Source: Azolla caroliniana
Taxonomy: Eukaryota > Plantae > Polypodiophyta
Assembly: GCA_043228905.1 (NCBI GenBank)
Contig: JBHGNT010000284.1
Location: forward strand, 1-39,472
Reading direction: 5' to 3'
Length of the DNA: 39,472 bases
The notes under the pieces were generated by a model that saw only the letters and a list, made by a program, of their open reading frames with translations, had not been told where the DNA came from and made no database searches. The translations under genes were made by a program, and so were the position numbers. Shown piece by piece: positions 23,051-35,200 of this stretch (positions are counted from its first letter, which is position 1; each line of letters begins with the position of its first letter).

Positions 23051-23900
23051 AGACCCAACTGCAAATGTTGTTTAGAGACGAAATGGACTTTCTCCACAAC
23101 ATCTCAAACAATTTTGGAAATGGCTATGGGGTATAAAGATGAGTAGAAAATTTGTTTGTTTTTTATGGTTGTTGGTTCATAAAGCTATACCAGTTAATGG
23201 GTGGCAAAAAGGAAATGTAGACAAGATGTGCCCTTTTTGTATGGATTTAATAGAGACCCCTAAACATTGTTTGTGGAATTGTGGTTTTGCTATGGACATA
23301 TGGAAACGAATCATAAATTTATTAACTCCAGTATATCCTAGAGCAGTGTATACATGGGGTGCAGTATTATGGGCGGTGGTACATGATAAACCTATGGTAT
23401 ATGAACAGGAGGAGATTGCAGATGTTGTTGTGATGAGACATGGTTTGATGGAAAAAAAAATTGATCCCTTTGAATCCACAAATACAAACCAATAAACCTC
23501 AAATATGGCAATTGGTAAGTAATATTACAATTTGGTATATTTGGAAGACTCGATATTTGAAGGGATTTCAAAATGTGATTGAAAGACCTACCCAAATAAT
23601 TTCGGGAATTTGGATAGAGATTGTGCATAATCTCAGAGGGTTGTTGGATAGTATAAAAGGTAATATGCACCAAGCGGAGCTTAAGCATTTGGAGTTTCAT
23701 GCCATCTAGGACATAGGTATATTTTATAGACGGTTTTTTTATAAGGTGGAGGGGTTTTACTCAACACTAAAGTATTTATTTAAGCCGATGGTTAGAAATT
23801 AGAAAAATATAGGGAACCTGTGGATATTTTGCATGTTTAACCTTATGGCGGGTTCTAATACTAATGTACTATCTTTTTTTTGAAAAAAAAGGAAAAAAGA
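23051..23900 (+). mobile_element. Right part of the decayed L1-type LINE (zf-RVT domain and 3' end)
   Basis: FWKWLWGIKMSRKFVCFLWLLVHKAIPV...CPFCMDLIETPKHCLWNCGFAMDIW is a typical plant L1 zf-RVT. It is followed by IWYIWKTR after a frameshift and an A-rich stretch near 23883-23900. Confidence 0.8.
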
Positions 23901-25469
23901 AGTAGCTTTATCAACATGATAATAATTCCAATCATATGACTTCACTTTTACTTTTGTCAGCACTTCATGTATACCTTTGATGTAGACATAAATATTGTGT
24001 AGCATTCATGCTATCTTTTTGTATTCGCAATATTCCTTAGCATATGCGTCATATTGTCAACGCTCAGGGTATCATTCCTAGTGCAAACGAATTTTCATGA
24101 TGGGTGAAATCATATACGATGGCATACTAACATGACGATCTTTCCATCTCATAAACATAAAAAAAAGTAAGGGATATTAATCACACCATTGTAGGGGGTT
24201 AGGATTAAAATTATCGTAATAATTGTCTTCATGAAAAGTTTGCGACGATTAGTAATTTATGTATTTAGGCTGATTTAACAATTTTTGCAACTCCAAAACA
24301 TTCAAAGATTGAATCACATCAAATACATGACAACAATAGAGAAAATCAAAGAGAATGAACATCCTCCGCATAATATTATACAAGACGAGTGCATGTTGAT
24401 GTCCAAGTAAATCAACAACATGGGAGATCATAAGGGTACCTAAAAATGGATTAGTGAACTTAACATCACAAGATGTAAAAATTGTGACAAAAGATTTTTG
24501 CTCAAGCAGTCGTGAACTTCTTACTAGTAGAACATGGAAATGGCATATGGTGTGACAAACCTTCATTGTCAATTTGTTATCGTCACACACACACGAACAA
24601 TGTTGCAACTATATAAAGATAATGTATATCAATTGACAAATAGATTTCGTAGGTACAAACAATACCAATGAGTTAGAAGAAGTTGACGATAACTCATTTC
24701 TAATATTCAAAAGGATCCAACAATTACACGTGCGAGGAGCTACATCATGTCAACGATTTTGAGAATGTGGACTCCGTGATTAGTTATTGTTAATCAAATT
24801 AACTTCTGTCTGAGTAGGGTCTCTTACCAGAGAGCAAACACAATACTACTTCCAAACCAAGCAAGGACATCTCCCATATGTCACCTCCACCCAACATGAA
24901 AGGTACTCTTAAAATCCGATTTTGTCGACATTGGTTAAGGAAGTATCAAGAAGAAACAAGGGAGCTAGAAAGATACAACCAACCATTGACAAAAAGGTTT
25001 AACCTTACTTCAAGAGTGAAACCATGGTATACAAAAGGAGGCAAGACAAGAGAGTGTGCAGATATACATCTATCTATCTATCTATATATCCACGAGAGGA
25101 CATTTGAATGCAAGGTCTCCTTTTGATGGGCAAAGGAAATCGAGTCATGAAGAAGAATCTTGACATACCAACCAACACTACATACAGTCTACAATACATT
25201 GGTCTTGCAGCGGGCACGTGAGCGGAGGAAAAAAGTAGATAAGATATAGGATGGTAGGCGATGAATGGGGTCCCATGGAGCTTCTCCATTAGGGCAAGAG
25301 CACAAAGTATGCATTTAAAATGAGCTCTACTCCACTTTCTCCCAAGAGTTGTTTCTTTGAACTTTGCACCACGACAAAATTATGGAGCCTCTAAAATGAT
25401 ACCATCGAATATACATAACATTACGTGACCTGCTTTCTTATTATTGGATTGGGCGTGCCCCCCCCCCCC

Positions 25470-25667
25470 ACTCTCTCTCTACGATCCTCTTCATCCCTCT
25501 CGCTGTCTTTTTTGTTGTTTGGGCATTGAAGGAAGATGCTTTGGATTTAGGGCTGAATGCTCATTGATTTTGGGTTGCCCCCCGTTAGTTGACTTTTGTA
25601 TGTATACACTCTCTTCCACGCTTGAAGGACAGAGGACGGCACCACAAGTCAAAGCCGGCTGAAGAAG
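25470..25667 (+). other. Putative non-coding first exon (5' UTR) of AMPD
   Basis: A CT-rich, leader-like segment ends in a strong donor, GAAG|GTAACT (GT at 25668), followed by (GA)n. The AMPD ATG at 29271 is preceded by candidate acceptors (AG at 29209-10 or 29257-58). This is inference only; the start is approximate. Confidence 0.4.
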
Positions 25668-26439
25668 GTAACTTATTTACTCCCCAATTTCGTATGAGAG
25701 ACATTAGACATTAGAGGCTGCTAGAGAGAGAGAGGGAGGGAGAGAGATGATGATCAGGATGATATATTAATGTCCACTAGTCCTTTTGAACCCATCAATG
25801 TCTACAAAGATCTATCCCCAGCAGCTATTATAGGTGGGATAATTTAAAGCGGATAATACAAAGAGAAAAACGAAAGACTTACGTGAAAATCGCACCTGTC
25901 TTTGAATTTTAGTGTTAAGATTTTCCACGAGTTTGGTTCTGTGGTCACGTGGACCAGCACAACATGGTAGTAATTTGTGGAGTCCATGCTGGATGTCATC
26001 ACATGTAAACCATTTTGAAATGACAAGTTCTTTTGTTTTTTGATAGGTCACTTATTGTCCTTTTCTGCTCAATTTTCAGCCAACCCCCAGTTTCTATTTT
26101 AAATGCGTGCGAGCATGCATGCATCAGTATGACACCACATCTTGCTCAATTGGGCATGGTATCTGATGTCATTGTGGGCCTTGACTACTTTTCTTTGGTA
26201 ATTTTCTCAATACCAAGCGTTAACATGGCCGCAATAGTACTCAAGCTTAGATATAACTTGACTTCCAGTGCGGCTGAATAAAAGACGAACTCATGTTCTC
26301 CTGTCCCTTTCTTTTTCTTCACATTCACATCCAAATATGTTTCAATATGTCTTCTTGTGCCTTCTTGCAAATCATTTCCGGAGTTCTTGATTCCAGCTGA
26401 ACCAAAGAAATTGCTTTATGGGTTTTCTGTGGTAAGCAT

Positions 26440-27350
26440 CCAAATTTGCATGCAGTCTTGGGAGACGAGTTCAAGGCATTGTCCTTAATTTTCAATATCT
26501 ACTTGTAAACTCTTTGATGGGCATGTCACTTAGTTTCTAGGAGCATTATGGAGTATAGGGTTGTGCCCTTAGCCCTGAAATGATATAGTAGATTTTTTAT
26601 TTATTTTCTCTATTCCTCCTTGAGCTTGTTGAAATACTGCCTCCCCAAATGCCAATTCCATAAAGCAGATGTTGCACTGCGCATGGATTGATTAATAGTT
26701 CTGTAATCTCCCAACTTTAGACTGTGATCAAGTGGCAAACATTTCTCAAACATATAGTATTGAGCTATCCAAGCCTCCGTTCTCCTAGTTCGACACTTGC
26801 TCCCAGTATGTTGGCTAGGGTATGTGAACTCTTAAGGTATTTGAAATTATGAACTGTTCCACTGCTGGCTGCTGGTTTTCAGATTTAACAATGCTTACCA
26901 CCGTGTCTTTGGCCTTAGCCATGTTGACTCCTACGAATGCTATGATCTAAAAGCTTTTGCAGTCTCATACAACAGTCTACATAAATAAGAAGCAGTACTT
27001 TGAAATGCCCAATGACTATTTTTGCCTCATGTTCTATTATCCTTTCTTGAATTAACGCTTCCAGTTGGTCAATGCATATAACGAATAGAGTGGATGACAG
27101 TGGACATTCTTGCTTGGCTCCATAGTTTTCATGAAATCTCTAAAGAAAACCTTTATCTGTCTTCAACTGGCATCTTATTTTCTTGTATAACTGGACCATA
27201 ACCATGTGATTGGTGAGCTGATTTCTACTCCTCCTTTGCATAATGATTTCATCCACTTATCTTGCCAATCTTGAAGAAAACCTTGTATTATGGTCTGACT
27301 TAGTAATGCATGTGCCTGCTCTTTAGTCATTGGGCCAGTCTATTTGAGCA
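26440..27350 (-). mobile_element. Decayed non-LTR retrotransposon RT fragment
   Basis: Reverse-strand remnants appear in RT order: QECPLSSTLFVICIDQL, LLIYVD, VNMAK, VHNFKYL. Confidence 0.6.
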
Positions 27351-27369
27351 TTTCTGACTATCAGTAAAG

Positions 27370-28670
27370 TATATATGCAGTCTTGCCATTTCAATTTTTT
27401 TTTCATGCATTTTGTTACTTGTGAATTAAGGGAACCCTGTCAGTCATGGGTGTTTCCTCTTTCATGTATAATTGTTCCACATTTATCACGATTTCAGCCG
27501 ACGAGTTTACTTCCATTCACATGTCTCCTGGTTGTGTTATTAGTGTTCTTGAACAACTTTTACTTGCGTCTCTTGAGTTCTAGCAAGAATACTCCCAAGC
27601 GTTGTCGGTCAAATATTCCATTAGATCGTGTCGTGGGGCCAAAATGTTGATTAAAGAGGCACTGGTATCTATCTATTATTTCATAAAAAATAGTACAGTG
27701 GTAAACATAGCCTTCTTCAAATTGCACTCCCTGATGACACAATTGGCAGATTCTTTCTCCTAGAGGCGTGTGTACAGATCAATCTCTAACTAATATGAAA
27801 AGTTCTGCAACTACCCTATCACATTGTGGAGTGCATGTGATAGATGTATATCCACATAGGAGGGCCTCATTAAATCCATCCTATGATGTGGAAAAAGTGT
27901 GCCTCATACTAGGACATCTTTCTACCAAGAAATGTTGTGGCACTGATCCATGTCCTTCCGTCATCCAATTTGATAGTATTGGTTGGGATCACTATATTCT
28001 TTTCCACTTTGGTGATGATCAGATGGTGAAAATCTGAGCTATATTAGAATGGGGGTACTGCATTTTTGCTTATGCCATGTGACGCAAACCATTGTTGTTT
28101 TTCAGCATACCAACAATGGTTATCTCTGTGTTTTGGGAGTTGTTTTAATTATGTAAGTGCCAACTTGACTATCTTTGTTAGGGAGCTTCCAAATCCGTTG
28201 GATATTGGTCACCGATTGGAATAATGTCTTGGTGATTATTGGGGCTGCTTCCATCTCTGCCATGAATTATATCATGGGGCACAAATGCTTTGTTCCTTAC
28301 CATGCGGGCAATCATCAGCACAATCTCATCAACTTATAGTAATATCTGTATGCCTATTGCCCGCTAATCGTGCTCCCGAACTGCCAAATCTCTCTATGTA
28401 ATGCGATACCTCATCTATATAGATACCAAAGAGAGTGGGTGGTAGTGGGCATCCTTCTTTTATTCTAATTGCGCTAGCCACAGCCTCTGACAATCCATTG
28501 AGAGATTGCACTTTTCCTGACAGGGATTTATAAAGTGCATCGATTCCCCATTGCATATCTATGGGAACACCAAGGGCTTCTAGCCACTGCATGAGTCAAG
28601 CAGGTGGTATAATGTCAAAGGCTTTTCAGAAATCCACAAAGCAGCAATAAATGTTTTAGTTTGCTTTTGT
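27370..28670 (-). mobile_element. Internally deleted non-LTR retrotransposon (RT plus C-terminal CCHC finger), same family as the ~9500-10400 copy
   Basis: YCCFVDF*KAFD; IKEGCPLPPTLFGIYIDEV; LL*VDE (a degenerate YADD); [35 protein letters not shown]. Confidence 0.8.
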
Positions 28671-29270
28671 CTTTCTTATTTCATTTTGTTCCTGAATGTT
28701 GCGTTGGCATATTGTGTTTCCATTAGGCAAAGTTTGTCACATCTATCAATGATTGTCGTTTTCACTTTTGAGCAGTTGATATTGCTGGTTGTGTAATTGT
28801 ATGTGACCATCGATCGTTTGATAGGATATGTATGCCAAATTACTTGGAAAGAAGTGAAGGGAAGACAAGAAAAGCAACAACGAAAGTTAACATCCTCAGA
28901 GGCCAGGGCAGACATATGGCACAAAATCTCTATTGCACTCTACTTCAGGCTGCATAAAATTCCTTGATGATCACTATACGTCATGCTGGCTTTGTACTTC
29001 ATTGACTATCAAATAAAAAAGTGTGAATATCCAAATTCTATAATTAAAATAGTTGTATGTGTCTATGTATTAGGCGCATGCCAGAGAATTTTGTGAGGTA
29101 TCCAAAAATGGATTCAGGCGATCAAAACAGAAAATAGGGTTTAAAGTTTTTAATTGTTCTTATATGATATTGATACTTAAACTTAAAGTGGCTTTATTGT
29201 ATGAGGCCAGACTGCCTTTGCCCAAGTTTCAAGGTCATCAACTACGTAGAGGATTCAGGTGACCAACAAT

Positions 29271-32200
29271 ATGGAAACATCATCGAAAGTATCACAATGG
29301 GCTGCATTAGCTGCAACAGCTTTTATAAGTGCAAGTGTTGTTGCTGTGTCTGCATTTTGGCTTCATAAGAGGGCTATTGACCGCTTGCTGGATGGCCCCT
29401 ATACTCTTCCTGCCACAAATGATGTCTCTGATGAAAAAAAAAGTCGTCGGTCAACAAAGAATACTGGTGGTCGTGCACCTTCTCCATCTCAAGGCTGGCG
29501 TGTTAGAAGCTCCTCTTACAGCAGGGATCATAGCTCTGCATCTGTTGCAGAGAATTTACACCAAGGTAATGCATATGATGGATCAAAGTCACGAGGTTTT
29601 TCCAAATCGGAGTCAGACATAAAATCTATTCAATCTGGACTTCCGAGAGTTCATACACACAAGGAAGGTTTGGTCAAATAACTTTGATGGATATATATAT
29701 TTAGTTGGCATACCTTTAATTGGATCTAAGAAGGTTCAGCTTACAGAAACAATAAAATTTCAGGTGTTAATAGTCAATTGAAGAGTCCAACAAGGAAATC
29801 AACGCCTTTAACAAACTCTATTTTAAGGCCAACAACTCCAAAATCACCAGCTGCTGGAAGTACATTTGAAAGCAGGGAAAGTTCTGAAGGTGAGGAGGCT
29901 CTGAGTGACAATGATGAGCACGAGTACGAGGATGATGTTAATGGTAATGGGCATGGAATAGATGCAACAGTTCCAAGAAAGGTATTGACGTACATGTAAA
30001 CTCATTGAACCATTTACTTCTACTAAGATAGTTGAAAGGTGTCAATGGAAGTGATTGTTATTGGAATAAATATCTGAAACAGGAAGATGGTGTAAAAGGT
30101 TCATTATCTTCAGTTGCTCTTAAGGAACTTGCAAATGGAGGTGGAGATAAACTGATGATAAGGTCGCACAGCATTCCTGGAGAGCTTCATGGTGCGCCTG
30201 ATCCCGTGGCTGCTGACATTCTTAGAAAAGAACCAGAGCAAGAAACCTTTGTTCGGTTAGAGATCACACCAATCGGTATGTTTAATTCTATTTTTGTTTC
30301 CCTCGTGTCCCAGAGTGTTGGTAACTATGCATAGAATCTATTTACATATTTGTGTATATCATAAATCTGTATTTGAGTATGTAGGATATATAGACACCTT
30401 TCAGTGTAGGAATATAGCTATAAACGATCATATATGTACTATGAATATATGGGGGGGTTGTATAAATATATATCCATGTACAGCTCTAGGGTCAAAATAG
30501 AACAGATGAAATTTGAAATATCAAGGAGAAAGAGTGTATGGAATGCTTCTACAGATGCTCGTACTGGCACTTCCAGATCTGTCGCCACATTTGAGAAATC
30601 CTGGTTGTTGCATTTGTGTATATTGCTTTTGGAAAACCTTCAAAATTAGGCAAAAGGTCAATTCTGGTGGACTTTTTGTACATCTATTACAAAGTTCCTT
30701 CTCTCAAATTTGAAAAGTAAAGAAAGTCAATAAATAGATATAAGAAGAGAGTCTGCTTGTCATATATTAGCTCTTGCATAGCCATGTTTGGAGGGGTAAT
30801 TTTGGAGGTACATATGCAAAATACAATCATTTAAGTGTTCTTTTGGTATAGTTGGCTCATAATACTTATGAGATAATATTGTTATTGTGCTAGGCGTGAT
30901 AGATATGATGTGCACCACTTGTTTTCAGAATTAGAGTCAATGTACAGACTTGTTTGTATATTTGCTGGTTTTTGTTTGGTCTACAAGGAAATTAAGTTGG
31001 CTCATAATATTTATGAGATAATATTGTTACCGTGTTAGGCGTGGCAGATATGATGTGCACCATTTGTTTTCAGAATAAGAATCAATGTACAGATTTGTTT
31101 GTATATGTGCTGGTTTTCGATTGGTTTATCAGATAAAAATATAAACCTGGGAATCGTATTGATCTTAAGTGCTTGGTTTTCATATGATGAGTCTGTCTAT
31201 GACATTATATTTTTTGTTTACATATTTTTCGTGTTTCTATGATGTCTTATTTCTGCCCTTTCATCTAATAATTACACAAAATGATATTGTATTGTTTTCT
31301 TTTGGACTGAACTTCGTTGAGCTTTTGGCTAATTTGCTTGCTGTTCTCCTTCATTCAGCTAAGCAGTGGTATCAAGCAGTGGTATCAACGCAGATGGAGT
31401 CAGCTGAAAAGTTGTAAAATGGGGGAAGAGAGTTCACATGTACCTTAAAAGTTGAAGAACTTAATTTGATGTATAGGGTTACTCCTTTTAAAAAGCCTGA
31501 ATTCATACTTTTTAGCTTCTCATGTTAAAAAAATGGTTACAGAGGCTCCATCACAAGAAGAGGAGGAGGTGTGCATGATGCTGCAGGATTGTCTGGAACT
31601 TCGTAAGAAATACGTATTCAGGGAGCAAGTGGCACCTTGGCATATAGAAACAATTACTGATCCAAGCACTCCTAAGCCAAACCCAGATCCTTTTCACTAT
31701 GAGCAAGAACCAGCATCCAAGGTATTACTTTGCTTTCTCTGTATTTTCATCTTCTGCTATGTAGTCAAGTACTAAGAATAGTTCTCTTATTGAGGATTTC
31801 CTTTGCAGCATGTATTTCGAATGGTAGATGGAGTTGTTCATGTGTTTGCTGATGAAGAAGGTACAAATATGGGCTTCTGAATTTGTAGATATGTTTTTAA
31901 TTATCTTCAGCCTAGAAAACATCTGTATGTAAAAATAGTCTTGTAAGATGGCAAGAAAGCACATTAAAATGTCTAGAAGCAGTAACTTACTGTACTAGAA
32001 AAAAATACACAATTCTTTTCAAATCTTGGAGCACGAGTTATCATGCTATTAATTCAAGTGTAATATATAAATTATTGTTACCTCGTCTCACGTCTTGCAC
32101 ATCTGATAGTGTCAATCTGCTTTTCTAATGATCTGTAGAGTAAATAAAAATATCAAGGCTTACATGCGTGAAACATGAATGGCAAGAAGGCACAACAAAA

Positions 32201-35200
32201 TTTCAAACTGATCCTATATTACATGTAAAGAGAAACTCATCACATCCCTGTATGTTGCATCCAGGATTTCTACATTGCCTTCTCTACATAGGTACGTGAA
32301 TCCAAATTTGAAGGAAAAGTAAAAGCACTGAGGGCCATCGAAGCATTGTGCATGGGATCCATTAAAAAATAGAAGGCAACCTTCTAATTCGTAAAGAGAT
32401 TGCAATGGTTGACATGTAACACAATGTCTTGTTGCATCTGCCTAGTCATGAAAAGATGCTGGGATATAGAAGTCTTTTGAGATAGATTGTATACATATGA
32501 TTCTCCTCCTGATCATGATTTAACCCACACTAAGAACACTAATCTGCCGAGTCCAGATGTCTATAAAAGAAGCTCCTTCTGAGAGGCTTGTGCTTCTGTT
32601 GAGTTTGCCTGGTGGTCTGTCCTATGCAAAAGCATCCTACTGTGGTTATGAAAGTGGCCTAGGTAATTGGAGGAGCGTACTGTCCGATGAAGATGCTTAA
32701 TTATGTATTTGGTTTAATGTAATTAGAAACTTGGTTTGGCAAGGTTCATTGTCAATAATTTCTGAGTACAAAAGTTACAATCATCTGCTTCCTTCGAATC
32801 TATGTAAATTTCTTATTCGTGGGATCTAATATCTGATGTTCACTAACATGATCAATAATTTTGTTTCAGCCACAGAAGAACTTTTCCCAGTTCTTTGTGC
32901 TACAGAATTCTTTACTGATATGCATCGGATATTGAAGATAGTAGCACTTGGAAATGTTCGCACTCTCTGTCATCATCGCCTCCGTTTGTTGGAGCAGGTA
33001 TTAAGATCTATATTTTGTATACAAAATTGAAGTCTAACTCATCCTAATACCTATTCTTTATCTTGAAACAACAGAAGTTCAGTCTACATCTAATGCTGAA
33101 TGCTGATCGTGAGTTTCTAGCTCAAAAGAGTGCCCCCCATAGGGACTTTTACAATGTCCGTAAAGTTGATACACACGTTCACCATTCTGCATGCATGAAT
33201 CAAAAACACTTGCTACGATTCATCAAATCAAAATTAAGGAAAGAACCAGATGAGGTAAGGGAAATGAATGGCAGAATTTCTTGATATCTTCTTTAATTGA
33301 AAGGACAGGTGTTATTCACATATCTCCTTGCAAAAGCTGAATATAGTTTTAACTTTTATCAAGGGTTCCTTCCATGAGTTACAGATGTCTTCAAACATTG
33401 AAATTCTCAGTCACTAATCTCTCCAATCTCTTTTCATTGTACGTGCACAAGTAACATAACTATCTCTCTTATACCACTTACTTTTGGTTGGGCGTGTGCC
33501 GACTCATTGATTCAGCTTTAGTTATTGGTAGTATGTATTACAAGGAGCTGAGGAATGAAGAAATGCAGTCATTAGGGTCCATTAGGATAGATTTATCAGC
33601 AGTTATGACATTAGCTGCATGGACTTCATCATGTTATTCTTAGTATCTTTTGAACCTTCATTTGGTCTCTCAATATAAGTTGCTAAATATTTTATTTTCA
33701 ATGGCAAACTGTGCATGTTGGCCTACCAAGTTGTACCTAGGAGACAGAGTGGGCCATGTCCTGCATGTAGCATGTGCGTGGACCCTAGTCTTTTTCTTTG
33801 TGTGCTGGCTTGCACACTGGATATATATCTATTGGGTGGCATTCTCTAATTACAATGTATATTGGGTGTACATTTATTTATGCTCACAATGACAGGATAC
33901 TCTAGAGGCCCTTTCTTTGATTGATCTCTTTAAGACATTTTTTGGCAGTACACTTACGCATAGTGGTTCATTTTGGATGGTTCCGCTCAGCATTCATTGT
34001 AATTCCATAGCCATGGTCCTTGTATTATTGCTTTTGTACAAGCATCAAAATTATGCCATTTGGCAATTCTTATTTTTTTTCATACACTTAATATAAAGAA
34101 AGCCTTTTCCTACTTAAATGTTGTATTCTCCAAATAAGTAGTCTATGTTGCTGCTGCTTTTCATCAGATGTGAAATTCACCTTATTTTATTTTTTGCATA
34201 TGTGTCTGCATTATGTTTGCATATATAAATTTTATTTTGTACGTTGTGATTGTCGATTTGTAAATCCATAAAGATTGATGGATTTGTATACCTTTTCTCA
34301 GGTTGTCATCTTTCGAGATGGAAAATATTTGACCCTCAAAGAAGTTTTTCTCAGCTTAGATTTGACTGGGTAAACGTTAAGCTTTTGCATTTACAATTAT
34401 TTGCTGAATCTGCCATTTGTGTTTTACCTGCACACATTATGTTTTGTTCTAAATACTGATTATAGATTTCTTGTTTGAGGGTTTAGGTACGACCTGAACG
34501 TGGATCTATTAGATGTACATGCTGATAAGAACACATTCCATAGATTTGATAAATTCAATCTAAAATATAATCCATGTGGTCAAAGTAGACTCCGAGAAAT
34601 TTTCTTGAAGCAAGATAATCTTATTCAAGGTGTGTTTCCAAATTCGTTGGATCAGATCTTGTGAACTATTGTTCTGATAATGATTAATAAGCACTAAAGT
34701 GAAAATCATGCACGTTTTTGTGTGATTCTTTGTGGGTTGATCCAAATATGTACGTGATATATGTTCTTGATAAATTAAACAGAGGTAGGTGTGATACATA
34801 AGTTCATGAATTTGAGCATTTATTGTGTATGTGAGAAAGAAGAAAGAATGATATATTAACATCTTTTAGAAGTCCAAAATGGCTTGCGAGATATAACAAG
34901 AGATTACATCTTAAAATGTAGTCTTCTATTTTAGAACAACAAACCAAAGTAAATCTAGCTAAATATAGTGTGCTATAGAATCTAGTTAACTAAGCACTTA
35001 AGATTCTGAACTTAGATAGAATGAAACTTATGCCTTCAAAACATCGTCCTCTCCAAGATGGAGAGAACTCTGAAGTGAAGGAAGACCCTTGCCAGGTGAT
35101 AATGTACTTTATTTGTCGATGACAGTTGTGTCCTATGTGCACGACACGTTGCTATTTCCTGACCTATTGTAACCCCTTTTGAGTGTCATGGTTGAAACCC

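Noticed and set aside
24720-25960. Several CACGTG/ACGTG boxes near the putative AMPD promoter
   Set aside because: Hexamers at this frequency are uninformative without binding data.
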